The notes under the pieces: model-generated
Databases searched by the model: none
What the model was told of the DNA's origin: nothing
Seen by the model: only the letters and a program-made list of their open reading frames with translations
Source of the DNA: Takakia lepidozioides
Taxonomy: Eukaryota > Plantae > Bryophyta
Length of the DNA: 64,000 bases
Assembly: GCA_030704615.1 (NCBI GenBank)
Contig: CM060731.1
Span: forward strand, 15,438,001 to 15,502,000
Reading direction: 5' to 3'
Position numbers and translations under genes: made by a program
Shown: one piece after another, positions 23,851-36,991 of the stretch
How the letters are laid out: every line of letters starts with the position of its first letter
How positions within the stretch are numbered: position 1 is the stretch's first letter

Positions 23851-26800
23851 ATGGCAGTGATGATAAACACCAGTGTGGGCGACCTGGTCGTCGATCTGTT
23901 TACGGATATGTGCCCTCTTGCCTCCAAGAACTTTCTCAAGCTTTGCAAGTGAGTTCCTTATGTGCCTCCCTTCTCCAACTCCCTTCTGCAGAGTTCTACA
24001 AGTGTTCAGCGTCTGAAAATATTCTACGTTTTTCTTTTCTTGAAGTTAGTAAGAAAGCGTAGTATGTTATTGTATGGGGATCCATTGGTCCGAACGCCAG
24101 AACGCCCAGTTTGATTCATGTCTTCTTTCTCCTGTCCCCCTTGTCCTCTTCTTGCGGCAATGAGAGAACTCGTCTCTTTTGCGTACTTTCCATCGGGTCT
24201 CCAGCTATATTCTTTCAGAGCTGCCTCTGTTGCATTGGCTTGCGGAATCACCAAGCAGCTCTAACGCAGGGGTTTTTTTGAATTGGACAGAATGAAATAC
24301 TACAATAACTGCTTATTCCACTCAGTGCAAAAGGACTTCATTGTACAAACTGGGGACCCTACTGGCACAGGTGTAGGTGGAGACTCCATCTACAAGTAAG
24401 ACACCGTCACTTGCCTTATACCGATGAAACGTGTTATTTCAGTAAGGTCAGCACACTTATGTGTACACTAGATTCTCTAAACCCCAACAACCTCCCCCCC
24501 CCTCTTTTTCTGGTGTGCTTTTGTGACTGAACCATAAATGCCTGTATGTGTTGTGCACAAATAAGCCGGCATACAAGATGCAGTCAGACTGCCATGACTT
24601 GTGTGCGACTATGTGTCACAGAAACTAAATTGCAGGTGCTGTCTGCCCAGCTTGAAGACCTGCGGGCCATGATTGGATGGGCCTGGTTATTCTGCACATT
24701 GTCGCAACCGAAATTGTCCGTTAGTGTGTTTTTGTGACTGACCTATAAATGCCTGCTATATGTGTTGTGCACAAATAAGCCGGCATACAAGATGCAGCCA
24801 CAGTCTGCGACTATGTGTCACAGAAACTAAATTGCAGGTGCTGTCTGCCCAGCTTGAAGACCTGTGGGCCTTGATTGGATGGGCCTGGTTATTCTGCACA
24901 TTGTCACAACCAAAATTTTCTGATAGTGCGCAGCAGGAGAAATTGCACCAGCTGGCCATATCGATGGTCGACCCACAAACAAAAATAAGGTGGCTGGAGA
25001 TATGGATTTTGTGACTGACCCATAAATGTTGCGTCCTATAGGTCAACAAACGAATTTGCACTTTACACATGCACATGTGGCGTGCTTGCTTGCTTCTATA
25101 GACCCTGTTCTTTGTAGGTCGGCCTTTGAAGTTCAGTATGTTAGGTGTGCACAATTAAGCCGGCATACAAGATGCAGCAACGTAGGCTGTTATGACTTGT
25201 GTGCGACTATGTGTCACACAAATCAAATTTGCAGGTGCTGTCTGCTCGCCCTGAAGGCCTGTGGGCCATGATGGGAATGGGCCTGGTTATTCTGCACATC
25301 ATTCCCTTCAAATTGTCAGTTAGTAAACTGTTCTATTCTTCTTTCTGAGTTGGTGTGGCTGGTTCATCCTGGCTTTTCATGGCAACATGTATCACAGTTT
25401 GAGAGGTTGTAAGGCTGTGTTAATGTGCGCAACTTACCTGCAGATTTCTGTATGGGGAGCAGGCAAGGTTTTTCGAAAATGAGCTGCATCCAAAACTCAA
25501 GCATGACAAAGTGGGCATTGTTGCCATGGCCAGTGCTGGTGAAAATGCGAATGCATCCCAGGTACAACATCTCTCCCTCACTCGGGGGGAAGGTACAGAC
25601 ACCTCTAACTTATAAGCTAACAACCTGTGAGCTACTACTTTGCAGGCCAAGAGTTTCTTGGGGACCTTAATTCTTCTCTTCCCCACCTTGGCCTTTCTTA
25701 GACAGTGCTATTTGGCAGTGTTATACTTCTGTTGGACTTGGACGCTAGAGCAGCAGACCCAAAATCAACATTGTATTTTTGGTGTAATAATTACAACCCA
25801 CTGTAACAAGGCATTCAATTCTCTTAACCAGATTGTCGGTGGTTGTGCTCAACAGTGGTGGTATTTTTGTGATGTTCCCTTAGAAACCAGACAAGCAGTG
25901 GGTATATCATAGCAGATGTTGGCATGCAACGGTCAATGTCTACAATGATTACGTTTTCTCTACCCTGTTTCTCCATAGGTGTTTGATGTTGTCTTGTCCT
26001 CACTGGTTGTGTTGCAGTTTTATATCACCACAAGAGCTGAACTTGACTACCTCGATGGAAAACATACGGTCAGTGTGTTGTTCCTCTTATCATCCTCTGG
26101 TGAGATGTATTAGCACCGGGCAGTTTTTCTTTCTAGAGCAGGACTGCTTTCCTCCTTGCCAAGTAGTATGCTGACTGGAAAGTTGCAGGTGTTTGGAGAG
26201 GTAGCAGAGGGCCTGGAGACACTAATGAGAATAAATGAGGCTTTTGTGGATGAAAAATTTCGGCCATACAAAAATATTCGGTAAGTTCCTTTCAAATGGA
26301 CACTGAAATATTAGGCTATTCATCTGCTTTGTATCATTGTTTTTTCTTAAGAGATTCGGAGAACAGCACGTGTGGCTACAGTTTTGCAAAAAATAGCGGT
26401 ACATTCTGTTCATCCACTGAAATCCATCCAGCTCTGTACTTAAATCCATTTATATCATCCATGTTTCACGAATTCATCCATTTTTATTTTTTATTCGGAG
26501 AAATTTGGCGATTTCATCCATGAGAAAACAGGGAATTTGCGACAGAACATTCTATTTTATTTTTGGAGTTCGAAATCTGGCTAAAATTCGCCACTACGAA
26601 ACACGTTGCTTTGTATTGACCTCTTAGGTTTAGGTTTTGTGTAGTAACCAACCACTTCCACTTCTTTGATGTATAAAGTAGACTTCTAAGGCAACCTACT
26701 TCTGCAACCTACCTTGAACTGAACTACAGTCTTGTTTCAAGGGTTAGGAGGCCCTTTCAGTCCCACTTCTTCATTGAAGACTCTGAAGAAGCTCTGAGTG

Positions 26801-29800
26801 ATGTGGGCCTGGCTTCAGGTCATTTTCCTTAAAGCAGTATCTCTTCCCTGGCTTTGTGCATCCTGCCTAAACTCCCCTCCCCACACACAGAGGAGCACAC
26901 CCAGTGTGTGTTGTGAGCAGTTGCAGTCCTGACTCTGGAAGCAGCTCTATATGTAATGTAGAATCATGAAACATTAAAAAACCCAAGGTAATGTGCTGAC
27001 TGGAACAGGGGTGGGGTTTTGGGGCAGAATAAAGCATACCCACATACTGGATGATCCATTTGACGATCCTCCTTCCCTTGCTGACATGATTCCAGACCGA
27101 TCACCAGCATTGAAACCACCTGCAGAGGTGACTCTTGGCCTTGCAGAACCTCTTTTGGCTCACTGACTCTTGTAATATGGTAGTCATCTATTAGCAGAAG
27201 CTTTTCTAATACCAACAGTACTAGCTAAATGCATCTTCCATGACTGATTCATTTTGGTTATTCTTGTTGCAATAGACTTTTTTCCTGTATTGAAACACAA
27301 ATGGTCTTGGCAGAAGTGTGCAGTTGGTGTCTTTTTTCAAAACCTCGGATGGACATCTGTTCCTTATCCCTCATATGTCCTGTTATTTTTCTTGAACAAA
27401 CGGTGAAGAATTTAAACCGCGATTCATGCAAACAAGCTGGGATGTCGGAGATGGCTGACTTGCTTGCTGCCATGTATCTCACTCAGTAAAACTTGGGTGC
27501 CACCTCAAAAACCTGTCAGCCTGGTTATTTTGCACATTCTGCTATGTTCAATCTCCATTTTCACCCTGTGAGTTTGGAAGAGATCTACCTTTTATTACTG
27601 AATCAGAACTAGATGGAATGTATTTTGGTGGGATGAAAGGGTTCTAAGTGTCAAAAGTGGAGAACAAGGCCTTCACTGAGGTTGATTGTGATTGGAGTGA
27701 CCTACATCTTATGTATATCTTGTTAGCCCTTACTCTCTATGCACCACAAAATGTGCCGGCAGGCAAGAAGGCAGTTACAAAGCTGTCGTGGTTTGTTGGC
27801 AAGTATGTGTCCACCAATATCAACTGGTGTGCACTGTTTGCGTATCTGCGGGCCTGTGGCTTTGGCGGCATGGATCTGGATTATTCTGCACATGTTAGGG
27901 ACGTCAAGACAGGCAGTGGACCATGTATCACTTTGTGTTAAAGCGTCATCTCAGTGATGGATATAGCATTTCCAATTAAGGGATTCACTTGGAAGTTCTC
28001 AATGAGACTGTTACTGCTATGGGCTTATTGGGCTGGATAAACTGAACCAAGTTACTCTTGTTTAGGCAAGGTAGATTTTGAGCAGAGAGGTTTATATCGT
28101 ACAATTGAGATCATATTAGTCCTGTCTCACGTTCTTACAAATGAATGGCAGGGTGAGGAAGTTCGATTGGAAGATGATTGGGTACCTATGGATGAAAAAA
28201 TAGAACCAGAGGAACTTGACAAGTCGCTGCGGAGGAAGGAGGCTCAGTCACGTGCAGTGGTTTTGGAGATGGTATGCATTTTTGCATCTGCTCTTTTGTA
28301 CTCCAGACCTCGCCCATCATTGTCAAGTTGGTATGTTGGTTGATCAGACTGCAATCATAGTAGGGAAAGAAGAGGGACAAGCTCTCTCTCTCTCTCAAAC
28401 TTGCATTTACCAACTTGAGAGCCCCTGTGTGAACATGGAAGTGACTGAGCATGGGGTCATGTCATCTGCAGATAGGAGATATTCCAGAGGCAGAAATGAA
28501 GCCACCTGAGAATGTGTTGTTTGTCTGTAAGCTCAACCCTGTGACGGAGGTATACATTGCACACCTGGACCTGACCTCATCTCTGAGATGCTCATCATTT
28601 CAAGCAGTAGCATTTTCAAGGGAACATTAACAGGAGACTAGGAACCACTACCCAGCAAGAAGCGTTATTAGTGCAGACTATGTAATCGCAAAACCTGGCA
28701 GGACTGATCCACAGCAAGTACCTGGTCTAATGTATGAAGAAGTAAAATTGACTCTGGAGCATTAGGTCTGATGTTTCTCCACAATGGATTTGTCTTTGGT
28801 TTCGCTCAATACTTGCTCATTGATTGGTTCCTTCCACAGGGAGCTTTCTTTTCAAACATGATCTGCCTAAAGTTAATTATGGTTTGAGTGTGCAGGAAGG
28901 TGATCTGGAGCTCATTTTTGGGCGCTTTGGCAAGGTTGTTTCGTAAGTGTAATGCAACCTGATTCGACGCTTGTGCACCTACAAGCATGTGTGGCTGTTG
29001 CACATAGGAGAGAGAGCATCAGTTGTGCAAACTCTTATGTCGTTTTGCTTGGAGTCTAATGCTGGGTTGCCGCAACGGGTCAGGGCTGACATCATACGGG
29101 ACTACAAAACCGGGGATAGCTTATGTTATGCTTTCATTGGTAAGTGGTGCACCCATCATATTACAACCGTAATACTCCGTGCTCTGGTGTCTCGCACCTA
29201 CTTTAGCAGTCAATTTTTTGGCAATCTCGTTGTCAGGAAGATTAAGTCGTTTGTTGGGCTGGTTCACACAATGCACTGCTTGGCTCTCCTGGATTCTGTA
29301 TTCCCGATGTCACAAAACTGGGACTAAAAGGCTGTAGCGTGTAGCCTGTAGCAAAGCCATGTGACAAGATGCTTCGTGCAAGTCTCCAGAGTCATCCTGC
29401 GTAGGATTATGTGTTCAGCATATACCACCCCACTTGAAAGAAAAATATTCTCAGATATCCCTGTATTATGGGCTCCTCTTACTATACCTGGTGGTTGTTA
29501 CCTTGTGACTGCAGAGTTTGAGGGACAGGAAGCGTGTGAAGCTGCCTACTTCAAGGTTTCATGTCCAGCACACACTCTCTTGGACAGACCTCTAAGATTG
29601 GTTACAGAAGATGCACTACTTGGGTAGAAGACTGCTGCTTTGATGCTAGAACTGCTATAGTCACTCAGGTTATGTTGCGGGCTTGAAAAGTTATACATAT
29701 TTGCACATTCCCCACAAAAGACCATATGTTTTACATGGACATGCTGGTTCATGATCTTGCAGATGGACAATGTGCTGATAGATGATCGGCGCATTCATGT

Positions 29801-31511
29801 GGACTTCAGTCAGAGTGTGTCGCGCCTGTGGAACCGTTATCGTCGGTTTGGCACGAAGGAGGGTGGTGCTGGAGGTCTGTTTCCTGCAGACCCTGAAGCT
29901 GCCTGTGTGTGAATTTTTTGCTGGTATTGTCTGATGAATATCCCAGTGACAACATGTTTGAAGAGAGAGAGAGCTTGGTCCAGAAGATTCTGAAAGTTAG
30001 GTCTGGTGTGAAATGCAGGAGTGAATTTTGCACCGGGGCAGGGAAAGGGCAAAGGGTGTTTCAAATGTGGAGAGGTTGGTCATTTTGCAAAGGATTGTCC
30101 CAATGACAGCAATGATCAGAAATCTTCGGCCCCTGATCAACCCAAGTACTCTATTCGAGACACAGGCGGTCAACGTGGAAGTACAGGCAGGAGGTAACCA
30201 AACGTCAATTTTGTTGAAATAATCTGCCAGAGGTAAAAGGTCTTAATGAATCTCCAATTGGTACTGTATGCATCCTCGTGCTGAAGATGAGCTACCCATG
30301 CATTTTTGCAGCGATGAATGACTGTAGAGTGTATGAGTTTCAGAGAACAGAACTGGGTTCTTCATAGGTGGTGAAACTGTGGCACTGAAAGTGCAATTCT
30401 GCTTTGTAGTTACGACATGGTATTTGAAGACGAGGAGAATGTGGGGGATGGTTCTGGCCGAACAAAGGCAGCAGACAGACAGGCCTCTGGAAGTCGTGGG
30501 CTTCCAGTCAAAGTGACCTTGAGGGGTGATGAAGAAGACGACAGGAAGAGAGCACAGAAATATAAAGGAGGGCGTGAAATGCATGAACAAGGGCATCGGT
30601 CCTACACGGAGAGACAGGAGATGGGTGGTGAAAGGCTTCGACAGGACAGTAGACGTGAGAAGGATAGTGAGAGACATCGAGAAAATGCAAAACAGCAGAG
30701 AGGTTCTGAGAGGGGCAAAGAAAGGGAGGAATCTGAACGAAATATATGGCATGGGAGAGTGGGGAGGTCTGGGAGAGTGCCTGAAGATGTTGGAGAAAAG
30801 AGGGAAACCAAATACTGGGAAAGAGGTGGTAAGATGGAAGGCGGTAGGCATGAGGGAGAGGGGGGCTATGGGGAGAAAGACACACCCAAAATTAGGAGTC
30901 AGCTTGGATCAAGGCCTGAGAGGGGCCGTGATATGCAGGATAGGGAGAGACATCGAGAAGGGAGTGAGAGAATAACAGGTAAGAGGATGCAGTCTGATGA
31001 GATAGAGGACACGAGGAGTAGCAAGCCTGAGAAGGATATAGACCTTGAGCCTGAGAGGGGCCGTGATATACAGGATAGGGAGAGACATCAAGAAGGGACT
31101 GGGAGAAGAACGGGTAAGAGGATGCTGTCTGATGAGATAGAGGGCAAGAGGAGTAGCAAGCTTGAGAAGGATATAGACCTTGAGCAAGGTAGAGGCAGTA
31201 GATGGGATAGTCAACAGGAACGAGACAGACACTTGGACGAGAGGGCTTTGGGGGTTGCCAAGAATGGCAGGCATGAGAGGGATCAGGACCGAGAAGGGAG
31301 AGGAGGCAGAGAGAAGAAGAGAGAGGGACGTGATGATAGGGACAGGGAGATGTTGAAGAAGTTAAGAGGAAGAAAGGATAGTGGAGAAGATAAACGACAT
31401 GATGAATGGGAAGGTGGTAGGAGGGAAGGCAGATCCGAGATAGACCACACTGTAGGAGAGAGAGAACGAGGCAGAGATCGGGACAAGGTGGGTCGTGGGT
31501 ATGAGCGATGA
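23851..31511 (+). CDS. CYP59: Cyclophilin CYP59 / PPIL4 (PPIase + RRM + CCHC knuckle + R/D/E-rich tail)
   Basis: 14 exons: 23851-23948 ([24 protein letters not shown]), 24291-24395 ([15 protein letters not shown]), 25444-25561, 26018-26068, 26189-26280, 27028-27127, 28152-28271, 28472-28549 ([15 protein letters not shown]), 28896-28942, 29084-29139, 29515-29555, 29763-29874 ([19 protein letters not shown]), 30041-30193 ([14 protein letters not shown]) and 30410-31511. Confidence 0.95.
24520..25322. repeat. Three tandem copies of a roughly 210-bp unit in CYP59 intron 2
   Basis: ttgtgactga..cataaatg starts at about 24521, 24732 and 25008. Each copy carries gtgcacaa.taagccggcatacaagatgcag and gggcctggttattctgcacat. 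Confidence 0.85.
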
Positions 31512-32621
31512 CCAAATTGGGAGGGAGCAAGACAATAGTAAGGAGCGCAGAGGCATGACAGGACAAACAACATGATGAACATGAAGGTGGGAGGAGAGAA
31601 GGCAGATCCAAGATAGACCATGCTGTAGATGAGAGAGAGCAAGGCAGAGATGGCGACAAGGTGGGGACAAGTGGGTTGTGGGTATGTGGGTATGAGACAA
31701 CCAGATGCGGAGGGAGAGTTTATAAACTGCACAAAGATTCTTTAGTTATTTGTACTGTACTTGAGGTATATTTGGTCTGTACAGAGGTCCAGTTTTTGGA
31801 ACCAGGCAACAGAACACTTTCAAGAGGGAGACTATATGATGGATGCCCTTTGGGTGAACCAAGAGGTTGAACTAGCTGATTGTGCAATGGTGATTACTCT
31901 CGCCACCTTGATTAATTCACAGAGCTGAAAGTGCTCACAGCCAAAACAACCCAATCTTCTGAATGCATAGGTTTCCCCCTGATTCCACTTCGAAGTCCTA
32001 CATTATTCAAAATTTTAATTGTTGCTTTGTCACAATTCGTGGCTACACAAGAGTAGGAATGATATCTGCAAATGATGTCTGCAAGATGTAGTCTTTAGTG
32101 CCAGAGCTTTCCTCTGCCTGAGGAGACAGTTCATCTCAAAAGAAGTTCTGAAAAACTTATGGCAAGAGATCTCACAGCTCTTCCAGAGCATAAGCTTACA
32201 TCATCAAGTCGGGACGAAGTTCGAAGTCCTGCGAAGTTTAAAGCACACACAAAGATCTTGATGTACTTGACGATACTCCCTCAGATAGTCGGGATAAATG
32301 CGAGGGTCACAAAGGGCCGCGTGGTGGCGTACTCATCCAGACTCGGAGTAAACGGTAGTGTTCCAATCTGTGTCTGTGCTCGGACACCTCAAATTTCAGA
32401 AGTGTGCATTCAAAGTTTGTGGAAACGCTTCTCCTTCTACCTAGAGATAATTGCTTGACATTTCTGCTGCAGCTGCAGTTTGCAGATTCCGGGTCCGTAT
32501 TATTAGCTTAGGACGTGCTGGCAGTGCTGCCGGGAGTGGGGTTCTGCCGTATTCGACCCACGATCGGCAGTGAAGAGTGTCCTCTTCTTGCATTGAGATT
32601 CTCTCTCTTGCAGCTGCTCCC

Positions 32622-33198
32622 ATGGCGGCACTGTGTCGGGCAACCGTTCTCAATGGAGGATGCCGTAGTGCTTTACTTCTTTCCAACGCACCCCCGACAT
32701 TATCAAGGAGCTCTTTGTTTGGAGTGCAGCTGTCTTTCAACACAATGAACTCCTCGTTCGATTCTTCGACCCTGGCTTCACCGCTCAGCTGCTACGCAGT
32801 GGTAATTTCTGTACTTTCCGCTCAGAGACCCTTTTTAAGTTGGAGCCTGCGGCGCTCATGCAAGTAACTCAAGGATGCTAGTAAAACATGCGAAAAGATT
32901 GACCTCTAAAGTTGTGTCTCTATGGTATGTCCTTGTGCCAGACATGGTGGTCGGACGCTGCCCAACAACTGCAACCAGATTGGCAGGTGTGTTTCACATT
33001 GACCCCATATTCAAATGCAGCCTCTTCCCCCTCTGCATATTTGATAACCTTTTATCACTTTCTTGCCTGACAAAGTGGATAAGAATTAATTCATGTTCTA
33101 TAGATCGAAACAGTCCCAGGTTAGTCGGAGGTGTTTAAGAATGAAATCCGGTTGTGAGGTTTCTAGACTCGTGATTGGAGTTAAGTGAGTTAAGTGTA

Positions 33199-33237
<39 letters not shown>

Positions 33238-34486
33238 AATTGCTGGGCAGCTCACACACAGCAGATTGATGCTTGTGTGAAGGGCTTTCTAGAGGGGTTC
33301 TGGAATCAACGTAAATTCCACTACTGGAGTGAGCCCCTCACAAAGGTAGTGTCTGTTCCCTCTTGTTCCACCCAAACTGGGTAGGGGATCTGTGGCACGG
33401 TGTGGCACGGTGCTACGGCAAACAATGTCTTATGAGTTCGTTCTCTCTTTCAGGACTTGCGTGAAAAAGAGATATTTCAACCCTCGATGATTTACTCAAA
33501 AATTGCTCATGCTGGTTGTTCTCTACTGCCCTTTGTATGTCAGAAAGCACACATTGACAGAGTCCAAAGGCTGGAGGCCTTGCAAGAACGTTCACCAGCA
33601 ACCACTCAAGAAATCCAAATTTCAGTAGTGAAACAGCCAACAGTTTTTGAAGACCTCAAGAAGCAGGGGGCCGAGGCACTGTTTGGTGGGGGTTTTCCCC
33701 AGGAAATGATAATTGGACGGGCTGCAATGCTTGGTTTCTTGTCAGCTATGACTACAGAAATTGAGTCAGGCTGTAGTGTATGGCAGCAGCTCTCTGTCAG
33801 GTACATCACTTCTCTTTTGTTCAGTTGAGGGGATTCGTGCCAAATGTGGAAGCTTCTAGACTCAAGAATGACTTTACTGGAAGTTGAGGCAGTGGTGCTG
33901 TGATATTGTAGAGCTGGAGAGCCACACTTGCGCTAGTCAACAGGAGTCTGTTAAGGCAAACCCTTGAGTATTTGTACGCATAGGAATGAGGTAAAGATCC
34001 ACAATCCAATTGCAGAGGGAGCATGATTGCTCCCTTTCATTCATAAGGCGATTTTTTTTCAGGGAAACAGATGTTGTTCATGTAATTGAAAGTGTGAGAA
34101 GAGAAGGGAGATAAAAGACTGCGATGAAGGCCCAGCATGAGCAAGTGTGTTCTCATTCAATTTGCACTGGCCAGTTGTGTGTTCAACTCAGACGTGTATA
34201 GACAAGAGATTCTTGGCTGAAGCATGTCAGAAGATGGGATCTAGAATTCACCTACGATTGTTGTCTTGTATGCAGGGGAGGGTTGGCACTAATAGTGATG
34301 GTGGCGGTGTTGGCTGGATCATTAACCCCACGCAACAAGGATGTACAGGGGAATGGATTAGACTGCTCTGCCAATCCACTTGGACCATTCACAGCAAGAG
34401 CAGAACGCCTAAATGGTCAAGCCGCTATGGTGGGATTTGCCCTCTTACTTGCGATTGAGTCTGTCAAAGGCAGTGCGGTGTTCTGA
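32622..34486 (+). CDS. ELIP: Early light-induced protein (three-helix LHC-like protein) with transit peptide
   Basis: Exons 32622-32801 (Ser-rich transit peptide), 33544-33800 (QEMIIGRAAMLGFLSA) and 34276-34486 (AERLNGQAAMVGFALLLAIE..F*). Two LHC motifs flank a middle helix. Confidence 0.85.
33238..33450 (+). mobile_element. Truncated 3'-end copy of the RTE/RTEX-like LINE in ELIP intron 1
   Basis: Encodes WAAHTQQIDACVKGFLE. Ends gctacggcaaacaatgtcttatgagttcgttctctct and begins directly after a (CT)n tract. Confidence 0.85.
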
Positions 34487-36868
34487 TTTGAAGATGGGCA
34501 ATAATGGCGACTTGTATTTAATAATGGCGACTTGTATTTTATGTTTGAGGAGCAATGACACACACATTCTACCCCTGAAGCACAGTCATTTTCTGTGAAG
34601 TCTCTTCTTGGGAAACTCCCATCCCCAAGTTTCTCTGCAGTAGGTACCTTGATTCATCGAGATTAAATGTCAAAATATCTGTATAGTGGACAATCTGTAC
34701 TGTATAGTATGTACATCTAGCCATCTCTCCAGTGTTAACATGGGAAAGAGTTTTTGACAAGCCTGAGGAATCAGGCAAGTTAGATATATACTTCGAGAAC
34801 TGTTCAGAACATTCTGAAGTTGAGGCAGCACTCCAGTGTCTAACTCATGAGGCCCAAAAATTGGTGCTCTTTCTGCAATGTGCTACCTTCGGACTCGCTT
34901 CTGAGTGTCATGAGCATCACAGCACTACTGCATGTTTGGCATCCACACCACCAATTTACTGGCGGTTTCTTCACTGCACGATACCAGGGGTTGCTGCCAT
35001 TCCCCCCTCCCCTCCCCTCTCAACTATATGACTTCTGTTGCATATTCTGGCCACTCTGCCTCGCCTTCTATGAACCTATATCACTCTCTCTCTCTTTCAG
35101 CTTGCAGATCGCCACCAGTGCACCTCCTTGATGCCACATTCTTTCCTCCCCTCCAATTCACACCTACTTCAGCCCAGCAATCAGTCCTTCTTGTCTTCTT
35201 TTACTTTGTGTCTTACTTGGTGTCTATACGCAATCTAGAAATCTGCTCAACCTGGAACTTGGATGCCACAAGATGATTGTTTTTGACTCCTCACTCTTCA
35301 GTCAAAGAAGGGCTCTACAGAACTTGGACCATTCTAGCTAGTCTACTTATCCACTAATGGCAACCTAAGAAGAGAGGGAAGTGACGAGCCGGTACAAGAC
35401 CTTGATGCAGCCTGGCTGGAATGTGCCGTTGCAAAACCAAACACCAAAACCTCTTTTATGATCATGGATCCCTGGACTAACGCAATAATGGCTAACTCAA
35501 CCCTGGTAGAAAAATTTGAACAACTACATTGCGTTTCATCTCAGTCTGCTCAATAAGCTCCCAAATCAAAGAACAAAATGCCATCACAGTACCGGCTAAT
35601 CACTTCCATCTCTTCTCAGGTTGCCAATTGTCGACTAGCTGTAACGGCTTATCGACTCTGAAATTCAGGATAAGATGGGTAGCAAGAGACAGATGGAATG
35701 CAACGATAGCTTACCAAAGACTGTCCAAACAAGGCAAATTCGTCTTCAAATTTTCGCTTTTCTTCTTGAGCCCTAAGTTGGGCCTTGAGCAACAAATACT
35801 TGCAGTGAATCATGCAAAAACTTAACACATCCTTGAAGGGACTGGCAATTCTTCAATGAGTCTCAACTCCAATGCTGTACTTGCCATGCCAAGCTCCACA
35901 GCCTATCAGACAAGATAAGCCAAACTTGTTCAGATGCCACTTCCACAATTTCAAATAAAATGAAAGATGCCCAAGTGGCGATTGAGTCCACCCCTCACCC
36001 TTATCTAAAGCCCCATGACACAAACATGAAGCTCAGTCTCAGCTACATGACCAAATATTCCCTCATTACTTAGTACGAAGCAAAGAATTCTCAAGAAACA
36101 TCTCTTTGCAAATAATTAACCCATGCTTGCCCCCTGCAAACATCAAGTAAAACTGAGCCTATGCATAAGGACCCTCACATGACCAGGTAGCCTGCACTCT
36201 TCTCCAATGCGATCTCCAATGTGACCTTCAACTCCAATGATCTGGAACTTTTGTTCTCTTTTTTATGTGAGAGGTCTTTGAACAAACTTGGGGCTGTATT
36301 TCCGACGTCCTCGAGCAATATCAGTGGGCTGTTGCAGGATTCACCAAGCGTCAGCATGACAAATGCCATGCCGAACCATGTGATCTGTATTGAGGACAAC
36401 ATTGATTCATGAATGCATGGGAATCTACCAAAATGGTGAGACGTGAGGATCAACAGTACTCTTCCTCTAAGATTCAGGTTTCGCCGGACCGGGAGGATGC
36501 ATGAAGACCAAATTCGTGTGGTCCAAGATTCCTTTTTCCGATTCTCACTATTGCTCCACTATTGCCTCACTATTGACATGGTGAAAATAGTTCAGGGGCT
36601 CTAACCAATGGATCTCGGAGAGAAGAATAAATCCGTGGGTCCCGTAAAGCAAGCTACACCAAAGCTTTCTCAAACTCCCATTCTGTTGGGTCATGGTACC
36701 CAAAATTCCGCTTCTACAGCTTACAAAAAGGATGCTGCAACAACATGAAGTGGGTGTACTTGGACTTGAAGTGGGTGTACTTGTAGCATCCTTTCGTAAG
36801 CTGTAGAAGCGGAATGCAAGTGGTACTTGGGCCAATGGAGGACAGAGGGAGGACGTGCTTTTTCGATA

Positions 36869-36991
36869 CACAAACGTGATGTGGTCAGTGGGCTTCACCC
36901 CTTCCCCCATCATTCGATCATAGGTCTCCAAAGCCTCCATACCATGTCCCTGTTGTGCATACCCTGCAAGCATCGCGTTCCATGACACCAC
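36869..36991 (-). pseudogene. Orphan single PPR motif (PLS-class style)
   Basis: VVSWNAMLAGYAQQGHGMEALETYDRMMGEGVKPTDHITFV. No adjacent PPR motifs are visible. Confidence 0.75.

Noticed and set aside
30243-31732. Several long minus-strand ORFs (up to 255 aa)
   Set aside because: They are antisense shadows of the purine-rich CYP59 last exon, which rarely produces stops on the opposite strand.
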